From: the human T2T-CHM13v2.0 reference genome, Homo sapiens
Assembly: GCF_009914755.1 (NCBI RefSeq)
Contig: NC_060926.1
Length of the DNA stretch: 64,000 nt
Direction: 5' to 3' (one strand)
The position numbers and the translations under genes were made by a program. Below, piece by piece: positions 16,727 through 30,665 of the stretch (position 1 is its first letter; every line of letters starts with the position of its first letter). The notes under the pieces are model-generated. The model did no database searches and was not told the origin of the DNA. It worked only from the letters and a program-made list of their open reading frames with translations.

Positions 16727-16837
16727 ATCTGAGAGAGTACCAGGGAAATGGAGCAATCTGAGAGAGTACCAGGGAAATGGAGCAATCTGAGAGAGTACCA
16801 GGGAAATGGAGCAATCTGAGAGAGTACCAGGGAAATG
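16727..16837. repeat. Perfect 29-bp minisatellite, 3.8 copies
   Basis: Unit atctgagagagtaccagggaaatggagca at 16727, 16756, 16785 and a partial copy at 16814. Confidence 0.95.
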
Positions 16838-16902
16838 TGCAAAGGCCCCAAGGTAGAAACATGTCTGCGATATCCAAGGAACAACAAAGAGATTAATATG
16901 AT

Positions 16903-17402
16903 GCCATTTTGAGGAAGATATGGTTTCAGGCATGATGGAACCACAGTCCATTGGCTCCTACTCCTGACTCATGGCTGTTGGCTCTCTCCAAGGAACATGT
17001 AGGTTAGGAAACTGTATCACAGCCATGGGTTTAAGCACTGGAGGAACCAGAGGTGGTGATTCACTGAATTAGAATTCCCCTAACCAGCTGCAGTATAAAA
17101 ATCCCTGAAGAAGTGTGTGCTGACTTGATCAGAGGCACAAAGGAAAAGAATCTCAAAGTGAAAGGACCAGTTGGGATGCCTACCAAGACTTTGAGAATCA
17201 CTACAAGAAAAACGCCTGTGGTAAAGGTTCTAAGACATGGAATCACTCCCAGAAGAGCATCCGCAAGCAGTTTATTGACTTGCACAGTCCTTCTGAGATT
17301 GTTAAATAGATTTATTCGGTCAGTATTGAGCCAAGAGTTGAGGTTGAAGTCACCATTGCAGATGCTTAGGTCAGCTATTTTAATAAATTGATTATCAGTT
17401 GT
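16903..17402 (+). pseudogene. RPS20P: Near full-length processed RPS20 (uS10) pseudogene
   Basis: RPS20-like 5'UTR (ttttgaggaaga..ctcctgactca..acagccATG at 17025). [34 protein letters not shown], then a frameshift, ending EVEVTIADA* (TAG 17367-17369). AATAAA at 17382; intronless; degenerate TSD aagagattaatatg / aagaggtcagtatg. Confidence 0.93.
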
Positions 17403-19798
17403 TTTTTTCTTTTTAAGAGGTCAGTATGGTTCAAAGTGTTTAAGGGAGAGAGCAGTGGTTAAGATCAGAGAGGAAATGGACATGGGGAGAGTGAGGCAGA
17501 TCTTGTTACTACAACCCTATGAGATATGTACCGTTATAATCTGCACTTTACAGATGAGGAAACTGAGATGCAAACAAGTCAAGTAACCTGCCACATCTGT
17601 AAAATCAAGAGCCAGCTGTAACAACAAACAGTTTCATCCAATTATGTACTGAAGGTTTCAAAATGATTTAATTGCTAATTCCTTTATGGCTTTCTGTAAA
17701 ATATTAGGTAAAAGGTCAGTTCTGGAGTAGATGATTTCATTTAACAACGGCTCTATGATTTTCTTTCTTTGTAAACCACCGTGACCATTTATAGGGCTTG
17801 TAATTTCATCAAAGTTTCTTCAATTGCATGTGACTTCTTTTTGTTGGAAGTACAGTAAGCATCCCTTAATACAAGGCTTTTATATTAGAACCAATTTAAA
17901 TTTTGGTTTAGTTCTTCTAGCCTTTTCATATTGAGCCTTCTTAGAAACAGAGGTACAGTCATAATCATAATGATGTAATATGTTTTCTTTAGTTCTTACA
18001 TACAGAAAGCCATCTAGATCATAATATAGTGCTAATGTCATTTATACATTACCTATGGACATGCTACTGATAATTGAATCGATGTAATGATAGTTACAGA
18101 TTATCTGGCCCATGTATGTATTACCCATGCTTGGACTGAATCAATACCTTAATAATATAATTTGATATAGAAAAACATTTTAATAAAGACAATTATTTAA
18201 ATGATAGAAAGTCTAAGAAAAAAATGTTTATGCCTACCTAGTTCAGTGCTCCCCTAACTCATCCATAAACCACTCTTCACTTTACTTCCAGGTTAAATGC
18301 CTAGAGGGATTTGAAGGTCACAGTGGATCATTACATGAAAAGATATTTAATAGTTCATTTTTACACTAGATTGCTAGTTAGCTATTATTTTTTCTAAAGT
18401 AAATGTAGTATATTGGGATTCCTTTTTTATCTACTTCATTATATTAAGTCGAATTGATCCAAACCGTTGATTTTTATGACCTGTGAGCTTTTCAGCATTG
18501 ACTTTGTAGAGATGATCATTTAAAGAACAGTATTTTGCTAGATTTATGGTTGTTTACATAATATTTTGTTAATCCGACTGTTAATAAAAAATGAGAAGTT
18601 ATTTTAGTGGTGTTTCTTAGTAGTATTCTCACAAAAGCAGTGAATGCATAAATCATAATTATGTGGGGTTGATGATTTTAATTGTTTGGTACTAACATGC
18701 TTTTGTCAAGTGGGGGCATCATTGATCTTTCTTAGGTAAGCAGTGTAGTAAGAATGCTTTGCTTTTTAAACTTAAATGGTATTAGGAGTAAATACTTGTT
18801 CTCTTTTCATTTTACTTTAGAGGGCCTGTATTTAATATGTAAGGTTTCTTATAATAGCTAGCACTTTTAATTAGTAGCAAGATTTAAAGTCCGGAAACAT
18901 TTAGCAGTTTTCTTTGTAGTTTTCAATTGTACTAGCCTCTAAAGTTACCATCACAAATTGCAGTTGTTATTCAGTAAAAGAAAATGATATGGTTTTAATA
19001 ATAATAAAACTTTAGAATAAAATTGTTAATATATAATCTTAGGTTTGTTATTATTATTGATGTTTTAAGTATATGAACAAGGGTAAAAGTATATACTTAC
19101 CATTTAAAACACACACACTACTAACTCACCTGGTATTCAAAAGTAGCTCTCAGTGATAATTAGAAAGTATTTTGAGCATATCCAAAATACATACTGTTGT
19201 GTGCTGTTGCTACCAACACCTGACTGTTGCTAATAACTCTAAAACTGTTTTGCCATCATTAAATTTATATAAGAAGCATGTTTGAATATGGTTATCATTG
19301 TGCTATTTACTTAAAATGCATATATGATTACTGTATTTTTAAAACTAATGATAATTTTAATCTTTCCACTGTTAAAAATTTGTGTTACATTTGGACCTCG
19401 AAATACATTATTTTTAACCTAGTCAAAAAGAAACCGTATTTGTACATGATTGCATTTGGGGGAAATTTTGAGGGTGTGAGAATTACATAGGTATTTAGCC
19501 TTAAGTATTTCAAAACTTTAACGTGATGTTTCCATCAGCAAAGCTCTTGGCCTGTTCTTATGTATAAGTTTAAAATCTTGCATATCTGCATCCTTGTCAG
19601 GCAAATGCCAAGGGCTAAAACTGAAGATAATTTAAGATTTATGTCTCCCTCTTGGAGGTTACAGTTGTCGTGAATTGACAGTTGTGAAGGATCTAAACTG
19701 ACATCAAAGGGTTCAAATGATCTGATTAGGTCAATTAATGTTAATTTTCATCTTCCATTAAATTCTTTTAATGTTTTCCCCTTTTCATTTTTTTCTAG

Positions 19799-19977
19799 CC
19801 AAGCCCTATACCAAGTCCTGTTTTGGGGCGAAAGCCAAATGCTAGTCAGTCTTTGCTTGTATGGTGTAAAGAAGTTACAAAGAACTACCGAGGAGTAAAA
19901 ATCACCAATTTTACTACATCGTGGAGAAATGGTTTATCTTTTTGTGCAATATTACACCACTTTAGACCAGATTTAAT
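19799..19977 (+). CDS. EHBP1: EHBP1 internal coding exon, start of calponin-homology (CH) domain
   Basis: Polypyrimidine tract ...ttttctag| and donor AT|gtaagt. 179 nt, phase 0 to 2. Translates [59 protein letters not shown](I), a typical CH-domain N-terminal part recognised as EHBP1. Confidence 0.97.
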
Positions 19978-20120
19978 GTAAGTAGAAACATTTTCCATTC
20001 CCTATATTTTGTAAGTGATAGACATTTTTGAAAAGAACATAAAATAATTTCTTAGCACATCCTGAAATAATTTATATTTGTTTTATTACCCCACCTCTTG
20101 CTTTTGAGAGATATATGTCA

Positions 20121-20495
<375 letters not shown>

Positions 20496-20884
20496 TTAAT
20501 CTCAAAGAACTGACTTCAAATTATTATGAAAATTGTGTTAGTGTTAAAATGAGATGAGACAAATAAGCCTGTAATTCTTTACATTGACAACAAGGGATTA
20601 CCTCATACTAAATTTGGTTGTCAAGGCTAGTCTTTGGTCCCCTGCCTTAACCTCTCTTTTAGATGGAAAGCTTCAGGCAGCGAAACGTGTAATCACTGTT
20701 TTTATTCATTTATTTATTTATTTCTTTAATTTTCCACACTATTAGTTTTGTTGATTGAATTGCTGTGAAATTGCTGGTTACTCTTTAGTATTATTGAATG
20801 TCAAATTTTTAGATTCAGTTTGTTTTAAAAACAGCTGTTTTTATCAAATACTATATGTACCCACTGTGCTATTTTCTCCCTCAG

Positions 20885-20933
20885 TGACTACAAGTCTCTG
20901 AATCCTCAAGATATTAAAGAGAACAACAAAAAG
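20885..20933 (+). CDS. EHBP1: EHBP1 49-nt coding exon (CH domain)
   Basis: ttttctccctcag|T GAC TAC AAG...AAA AAG|gtaaga. Completes Ile from the previous exon, then DYKSLNPQDIKENNKK; phase 2 to 0. Confidence 0.96.
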
Positions 20934-21384
20934 GTAAGAATTGATGAGCAAGAAAAATACGTAGTTTCAATTTTGGCTTCTCTGCAGGTCTTTATTAATT
21001 TGGAGAAAGTGAGGCAGTTTTATGAGGTCATAACTACAACTCACAGAGGGTTGTCTGCTTACTGCGGTTCATTAGGATACATGGTTTACTCTGGTTTATC
21101 ATGGACTTTTAAAGACCACAAGTGCCAGGTTGGCATCATATTATAATATGCATATTATCTTTTTAACTGTTGAATATTTGTTAAAGCATAGTGCTTTTTT
21201 TCTAAGATTTAGCTTTTTAAAAATGCACCCAAAACTGTTGTGCCATAGTTGTTATGTAAGTTTAGAAAATATGCTGGTTGGGGATGAGAACGAGAGCCTA
21301 ATGGTAAGCAAGAGAGAATACTTAGGTTCTGAGAGGCAAAAATATATAAACCTTGGTTCTTTTCATTTTCTGGTAAACCGTATA

Positions 21385-21701
21385 CAGTTATTGCGCTGCA
21401 AAACAACATTTTGGTCAAAAACAGACCACATAGATGGTGATGTACCGTAAGATTATAATACCTCATTTTTACTGTACCTTTTCTATGTTTAGATACACAA
21501 ATACCATTGTGTTACAATTACCTACACTATTCAGTATAGGAATATGCTGTGCAGCTTTGTAGCTTAGGTATAGCCTAGGTATGTAGTAGGCTGTACCATC
21601 TAGGTTTGTGTAAGTACCCACTGTGATGTTTGCACAACAACAAAATCTCCTGACAATGCATTTCTCAGCATATATCCCCATTGTTAAGCAACACATGACT
21701 A
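21385..21701 (+). mobile_element. Tigger3a/MER7-like DNA transposon
   Basis: ta|cagtta...taagattataatac..tttttactgtaccttttctatgtttagatacacaaata...ttaagcaacacatgact. Confidence 0.8.
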
Positions 21702-21999
21702 TATTTTCCCACATAATTAATCAATATATTGAGATCAGAACTTCCCAACTGGTATGGGGCAAGGGGATATCGATCCTTTCAGCTTTCAGGGCATCTGTGT
21801 AAGGCTGAGTTGCTGGAGCCCTGGGCCAGCTAACTGTGGCCACAGGCTGACTTATCTGTTTACCCCAGCACACAGTATGTGCATTCTGTGTGCAAAGAGG
21901 GAAGCACCTAACTCAGCACACAGTAGGCACTGAATGCTTTTTTCTACTGAATTGAATTCTTCAACTGAAAAATTAATGAAATTTATTATTGTCTTAGAA

Positions 22000-22462
22000 C
22001 AGGAGTTCTTAACCTGTGAACTGTGGGTAGAAATCAGGGTGTCCTTGAACATGGTTGAGGGAAAAAATACATTTTACTTTCATAATTCCTCATCTGAAAT
22101 TTAGCATTTCCTTCAATTATGAATTTAGGCAATAAACCACCATAGTGTTAACCATGCCTGAGACTTTGTCACCTTTAGAAATCACAGATATTTTCGATAT
22201 TTTCATGTCATGCTATAGTTGTTGCTGCAGATATCTGCAAATACCTTTTACACTTATAACTTCTTCAAAATAATTAGTGCAGTCATAAAAAGCACATATA
22301 TTACTACTTCCCAAATTCATTTTAAGTAATACTTTCATAGGTGTATTTTTCAGTATAATTGATGTCTTTTGTAATTCTATGTATTTTATCCATGTAAAAC
22401 ATTATTCTGAGAAGGGACCCATTGCCAAAAGGGTTCATGAGACAAAGTGGTTAATAACCTCT
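22000..22462. mobile_element. hAT-Charlie (Charlie4-like) element
   Basis: TIR-like ends caggagttcttaacc / ggttaataacctct; internal ctgaaatttagcatttccttcaattatgaat. Confidence 0.6.
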
Positions 22463-22634
22463 AGTCTAAAGTTTTTAACATACTTTAAATTAAATAATTA
22501 AAATTACTAGTGATACAAAGTCTTGGGACCTTGATAGAAGTTCAATTAACAAGTCTTTAAATCAAAACAATTTTTCACTTGTATTGCTCTCTAAAACCAA
22601 AAATGTGTATTGCTATCAAAAAGATTTTGTTTCT

Positions 22635-22958
<324 letters not shown>

Positions 22959-25341
22959 TCAGTATAGTTTTCTTACAGAAATTACCCTTTGGATGGGCAT
23001 GTTACAAAGTAAACTGTTCTCATGAATTAATTCTTGTATAATTTTGGAGAGCCTGTGTCTATTAAAGTGAAATGCTTCTTTTCATTAATTACAATTAAAT
23101 TATATCTTTGGGTGTGGCAGTGCTTTACCTCCATTTTCTTACATTTGAACAAAGTGGTAAGCCAATTTAAATACAGACATGAGCATTATAAAATAAACCA
23201 TTTTTTAAAGTGGATGTTTCAACTTACTGTTCAAAATTTTGAAAAAGAAATATTGTTGATTTTACCTCATTATAAATGTGTAAAGAATATAGGGAATCTC
23301 AGTAAGGCTTAAGTCACACTTCTTTACATTAGCTTTTCATTAACTTAATAATGGTAAGCATACTTTGGATTTACATATTACTCCATACAGAAGACTATCC
23401 CATTAAAATTTTTTTTCAATTAAATCTTCCAGTACAGACAATCATGGCTTTTGAAAGGCTTTATCTTTGATGATTCTATTCATTGTATTATTCAATAAAT
23501 AATTGTTTTTACATAGTCTTTCCTTTCATCATTTGCTACTTCTTACCTGATAGCTACATTGAGTTGCTACCTGCAAATTACTTCTAGCTTCACACATTTC
23601 TTCCCAATAACCCATGTGCCCTTGAATGGACTTAAAGCACCATAGGAAAACAATGCCTGTGTCTTAAATTTCATACAGATGCATAACATAACTGGCAGTA
23701 ACTCCTCCTTACCAATTTAATAACATCTACAAATGAATAAGATAATTTTCTTAGAAAGACCTCTTTTTTCACCTCACACAAACAGGTGAAAAACAGTAGG
23801 TAGTTAGTTGACCATGGCAGAAGAGGTTAACCTATGGGAAAAGTCCTTTATAAAGCCTTAACCTTGCTTAAAAGAAACCTAGTTTGTTTTTAAATGTTTT
23901 TTTAGTGTAATTAGTGTACATAAAATGAATTGCTACATGAAGCAAAACACCAGCAGGAGTTTCCCCACAAGGAAGCTAATCATTTTCCTGGGTCTGTAAA
24001 AAGTGCTGAATAAAAAAAGGCATTTTCCTGTGACATCTGATCTTAACCAATATGTCAGTGTTTTTAGATAATTTGGGAATGTTTAGAATACTGCCTGTGG
24101 TGCTTTCCCTGATGGCCTGCAATTGATGCCTGTCAGTCAAGTTGTCAAGACACATGAAAAGGAAAATGACTTCAATTTTCCTAAAACATGTAAAATAACA
24201 AACCAAGCCTATACATGCACACCAACTGAGTCATTCTCTCTAGTAAATATTTTGAGGTACCTATATTATGAAGCCTAGTGCTGTGAAAATTGAAGAGGTT
24301 TTAATATCACAATTTATTTTTCATTTTCTTTCTTACTTGTTCCATAATGTTTGTTAAACTACAAGAATATGAGACAAAGATTAAATTCAAACATAGCAAT
24401 GTACTTTAACAAGTAAGTACAGAAGACTGATTCATTCTCAATTGTTACATAATTTCCTAACATGTCTTTTAAGAAAAACTTTGAATTATAATCCTTAATC
24501 TAGGTTGCTAAAAAGAGTAAACATTTTACATCCCAGAGCAAGAATATATCTAGACGGTTCTTACTTTCTCTGAGAGTATATCTAAACCTTTAGCCATACT
24601 TTTAATGCTTCCTAGCAACACAATGCTGTTTTCAAGGGTTAGTTCAGGATAGTAATAATTAATTGTAAATTGAGAAACAGCTTAGATTATTCAAAACTAG
24701 AAAAACCTGATGTGCCACAGTCATTTAAAGGCTAACAAAAATAATACAATGCAGCCTCACATTCTCAACTAGGTTGTAGTACTCAAAACATTTCATTCTT
24801 TCCAAAATGAATGAATTAAATGAAGTCACTCTTTTCATTATGAAAATCAGTCTTAATTGAGCATTTAAAAATGTTTCTGTTTCTAGGCTTAAATTGCATT
24901 TATTTGTATTTTATATCAGGTAATCTAGTAGTTCTTTTGACTTATCTAGCTGTGCTTTTCTTCACAAATCACTGCAATTACATGACTGTGGAAAAGAGAG
25001 GTTGATAGAAATGATAAAGCTCAATATGGATTAGTCTAATGTTTCTTTATACTTTAGTTCCTTATCTTAAAAATCCATTCTCAGAGTTTTAAAAAATTTA
25101 ACTCTCATTTTTGCTTGTTTCATTTATTGGAAAAAATATTTTAATTCTTATTTATTACACTTTTTTCTCTTGCCTCTCCCCCCACTTTTACACATGTCTG
25201 ACTTTTGGAAATTTGTTCTTTTCATGTGACATAATGTCGATAACATGTACCCAAACAACAAAAATTAAAAATGTGCTCTTTTTAAAATGTGTGAATTATA
25301 TGAACTGTTCAATATATCTTTTGTTTTTCCTTCCTTTGAAG

Positions 25342-26244
25342 GCATACGATGGATTTGCCAGCATAGGAATTTCCCGATTATTGGAACCTTCTGATATGGT
25401 ATTATTAGCAATTCCTGATAAACTGACTGTTATGACTTATCTCTATCAAATAAGGGCACATTTCAGTGGCCAAGAACTAAATGTCGTTCAGATAGAGGAA
25501 AACAGCAGTAAAAGCACATATAAAGTTGGAAACTATGAAACAGATACAAACAGTTCTGTTGATCAAGAAAAATTCTATGCAGAGCTTAGTGATCTGAAGC
25601 GGGAGCCTGAACTACAACAGCCTATCAGCGGAGCAGTAGACTTCTTATCACAGGATGACTCTGTATTTGTAAATGATAGCGGGGTTGGAGAGTCAGAAAG
25701 TGAGCATCAAACTCCTGATGATCACCTTAGTCCAAGCACAGCCTCCCCTTACTGTCGCAGGACTAAAAGTGACACAGAACCCCAGAAGTCTCAGCAGAGC
25801 TCTGGAAGGACTTCAGGATCTGATGACCCTGGAATATGTTCCAATACAGATTCAACCCAAGCACAGGTTTTGTTAGGCAAAAAGAGACTATTGAAAGCTG
25901 AGACTTTAGAATTGAGTGACTTATATGTTAGTGATAAGAAGAAGGATATGTCTCCACCCTTTATTTGTGAGGAGACAGATGAACAAAAGCTTCAAACTCT
26001 AGACATCGGTAGTAACTTGGAGAAAGAAAAATTAGAGAATTCCAGATCCTTAGAATGCAGATCAGATCCAGAATCTCCTATCAAAAAAACAAGTTTATCT
26101 CCTACTTCTAAACTTGGATACTCATATAGTAGAGATCTAGACCTTGCTAAGAAAAAACATGCTTCCCTGAGGCAGACGGAGTCTGATCCAGATGCTGATA
26201 GAACCACTTTAAATCATGCAGATCATTCATCAAAAATAGTCCAG
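25342..26244 (+). CDS. EHBP1: EHBP1 large 903-nt coding exon (end of CH domain plus Ser/Asp/Glu-rich linker)
   Basis: ttccttcctttgaag|GCA TAC GAT...GTC CAG|gtaagt. 301 codons [41 protein letters not shown]...HSSKIVQ, lying inside ORF 25111..26265; phase 0 to 0. Confidence 0.97.
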
Positions 26245-26369
26245 GTAAGTGAGTTAGAATGCTGAATACTATATTTAGTAATTAGTTATTCTCTGTTTTT
26301 GTTTCTTTTTGCATTCATAGATGCTACAAATGATTAAAGGTGAAGTGTAATTTCTATTATAAAAACTCC

Positions 26370-26500
26370 TGAGGCATGTAGTAATGTGTGCCTAAGTCCC
26401 CACTATTTGGGAGGCTGAGGAAAGAGGATTGCTTTGGCCTAGGAGTTTGAAACCAGCCTGGGTAACATAGCGAGTCCCTGTCTCAAGAAAAGAAAAACCT
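26370..26500 (+). mobile_element. Alu monomer (FLAM-like)
   Basis: tttgggaggctgagg..aggagtttgaaaccagcctgggtaacatag. Confidence 0.7.
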
Positions 26501-27264
26501 GAAATATACCTGCTGTATATTTAAGGTTTATGATATAATATTTTAAGCCTAAAAATCCCAATTTCAACACTGAAGGATATTGTGTAATAAGGCTATGAGA
26601 AAAAAATTGAAGGATAAAGAATGTCAACTTTTCAAATAAAAATATTACTTATAAAAACAATATTCTACTATAAAATAAATCAAAGATGTTTCAATATTCC
26701 ATTTAATAAGAACATCATTCTAAAAATGTATAATGCCAAATTAAATATTTCCCATTTAAAACATTTTCCTTAGGTATTTTAGTTGGTTTATTTAGTCCCA
26801 TCATTACTTGTGGTTAAAAATCCCTGCAGCATCCAAATTTCTCCTCATGAAGGGAATACTGTACGGTTTTAACCTTTCTCTTACTGATGATATTAATAAT
26901 TTACTGTTTTTACTTGTATCTCTGGTACCATCAGTTATAAGATATACTAATATTTTATGTACCACAACAAAAAAGAACAACATTGTCAATAAAGTTATGA
27001 TACCTGGTTTTCCTATCACTCAGAATTTTTATAGCTATTGAAAGAGCTCTTTTAGACTTATTTAGGCATAGATTATTTGATCAGATAACACTCGTGTATA
27101 TATAAGGAGGAAATTTTAGGCAAAATAAATTGATTAAGGTATTCCTAAAAGTTTTTCACATTTAGAATCCAGCTCTTCTGAATCACTTTTTGATTTAGAG
27201 TTGTTGGTATTCCTTTTTTTTTTTTCTGCACAGTTATCCTCTGTGCCATCAAAAGCATTGTTAC

Positions 27265-27762
27265 AGTAAATGGTTCTCAAAGCCAGATTTGGGGGCCTCT
27301 GAAGTTCTCCAAGTCCCTTTCAGAGAGCCCCCAAAGTTAAAGCTATTTTCATAATAATACTAGGGCATTGTTTGCCTTTATCACTCTCATTCTCTCACAA
27401 GAGTATGATGGCATTTTCTGGAAGTTACATGATTTGTGATATCTCAACAGATTGAATACAAAAGTAGATATAGGAATTCAGCTGCTTTCTTTTATATTGA
27501 GATTTACAAAATATGTAAAATACTGCCACCCTTCTCAATTTTTGTTTTTAAAGTAATTATTTTCTATTAAAATGTGTTAACATCTAATGAGTTCATTGTG
27601 GCTACTTCTAAATGAAAAAAATATTTTAAAAATATATCAGTTTTAATATCAAAAATGACAAATATCAGTAGATACAATCTGTATAAGCAAGAGTTTTTTG
27701 GGATCCTCAATAATTTTTAAGCATATATGGGGATTTCGAGACCAAAAAATTGGGAAATCTCT
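27265..27762. mobile_element. hAT-Charlie DNA transposon fragment
   Basis: tggttctcaaag...ctattttcataataatacta...gagaccaaaaaattgggaaatctctg. Confidence 0.6.
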
Positions 27763-27767
27763 GAGTT

Positions 27768-28066
<299 letters not shown>

Positions 28067-28550
28067 CGAACCTCTGAATTTATAGCATTTCTCCACAACT
28101 GTCTCTGGGATTTTCTTCCAAGTCAGTATACTGATTGATAATGGCACTTTCTTGGCTTTACCAGAAGGTTTCAACAGAAGATTTTTAGACAGTAATCTGG
28201 AGTTATGTTTCTTTCTCAAATAGTCCTCAAGTGGTGTTGACTGAAACATCAAGGAATTGCCATCATGCCAACTGAAATATCAAACAATATACGTATAGGT
28301 AGACAACCATGTCTTAACTGCCACCTGGATGACAGAGAGTGTAAGATTCTGCCATTTATAAGTTTTCAGAGGTGTCAAGAAAGAATTTATATCTTAGAAT
28401 TAAAGAAATATAATAGCTGCCAAAGCAAGCCCCTGTTCTCCTAATCATAAACCTCAAATCAAAAGTCCTAAGTAGCTAAATCTCTCTGAAAGCTTTCAGG
28501 ACAGCATATGTCCACACATAGTAGATAATCAATAAACATCTAGTGATTGA

Positions 28551-28916
<366 letters not shown>

Positions 28917-30018
28917 TGAAAACCAGATTTTTAAGGCAAATATGTTTAGTTAAAACTAGGAATTGATTGATGTTTAAAATTTTAAAATACCCTGGACTGG
29001 GAATCAGTAAGCCTGGAATCTCATTTTGACTCTCCCAATAAATTAGTAGTGTGACATGTTAACTAGCCATTTAGCCTCTCTCGATCTTATTTTCCATGTA
29101 TGTTAAATGAAGCAATCTTTAAGAACCCCTTTAGCTGTGAAACTATCATTCTGTGATTCTATTCAGATGATTAAAGTGTACTGGATGATAGAAGCAATGT
29201 CTATTCATAGCTCCATGTATGTTTTCTCTTTGGCCATTGGCTTATTCAGAATTTTTCTTGGGGTAAGTTTAAAGGTTTTTATTGACACTGGATTGGCAAA
29301 AGTAATGTCTAACAATAAACACTGTAATATAGGTGCTGACATTTGGTAGGCTTTTAAAATTGTATATAGCAGCTGAATTTTGGACAATTAAAAATCTGTT
29401 TCTCTTTTGTACAAAGTATTTCAATTCTCAGATACACATCTTTTTACATTTTAACTTCTCCGAAATCAATATATTATTTATAATAGATAGTGTATTAGAG
29501 TTTAATTGACAGCGTTTGTTCTTTCTTAGTAGTTCATAAAATAATAGTAACTCTTACAATTAAGACCATTGGATTAGAGGAAATTTAGTAACTTTAATAT
29601 GGCTTTATATACTTAACAAAGTCATAATGTTGTCCATTTGGGTGCCTAATACATGTGATGACAGTTATATATCTTACACCTATCTCTTAGACTTTACAAC
29701 TCATAAGGTAAGTAGTCAAATTCTATATTATATGTGGGAAATCTGAGGTTTGCAGAGTTACTTAAGATTACATGATAAATGTTAAAGTTTGAATTCAAAA
29801 GCAACCTTGTCTTCAAAGTCTGTGCTTCTCCACTTGATGCTTATAACATCTTTATTTACCATAATAGCATTAAAAAATAATCGTAGCCCAAATATAATGT
29901 GGTCAACATTACTGAAGGGCAATTTAACAATGTGAATCAAATTCCTTAAAAATCTTTATCTCATTACATCCTACTTTCAGGAATTTTTCCTAAGGAAATA
30001 ATTAGAATTGTATAATAT

Positions 30019-30337
<319 letters not shown>

Positions 30338-30485
30338 TTACTTCTAAAGGTATTCATAAAAGCATTATTTATGATAGTAAAAAATTGTGTGCAACCTAAA
30401 TGTTCAGCAAAATAAGACAAGTTAACTAACGTATGATGCATCTATACAATATAATGTTAGGTAGCCAATTAAAAATCAAGTTTTA

Positions 30486-30665
30486 GGCTGGGCATGGTGG
30501 CTCACCTGTAATCCCAGTACTTTGGGAGGCTGAGGTAAGAGGATCGCTTGGGCCTGAGAGGTCAAGGCTGCAGTGAGCTGTGATCATGCCATTGGACTCC
30601 AGCCTCGGTGACAGAGTGAGACCCTGTCTCAAAAAAGTAAAATAATAAAATAAAATAATAAAAAA
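30486..30665 (+). mobile_element. Alu monomer (FRAM/AluJ fragment)
   Basis: ggctgggcatggtggctc...gtcaaggctgcagtgagctgtgatc...A-rich tail. Confidence 0.8.

Noticed and set aside
16588-16951. ORFs with internally repeated peptides; CRISPR-like appearance of the 29-bp repeat
   Set aside because: Translation of a head-to-tail minisatellite with no spacers, in a mammalian intron.
17113-17391. 92-aa ORF as a functional RPS20 gene
   Set aside because: Lacks the N-terminus in frame and shifts frame after RKTP; processed pseudogene.
25111-25341. 5' extension of the 384-aa ORF
   Set aside because: AT-rich intron upstream of the acceptor at 25341, with a non-ATG start; the true exon begins at 25342 in frame with the upstream exons.
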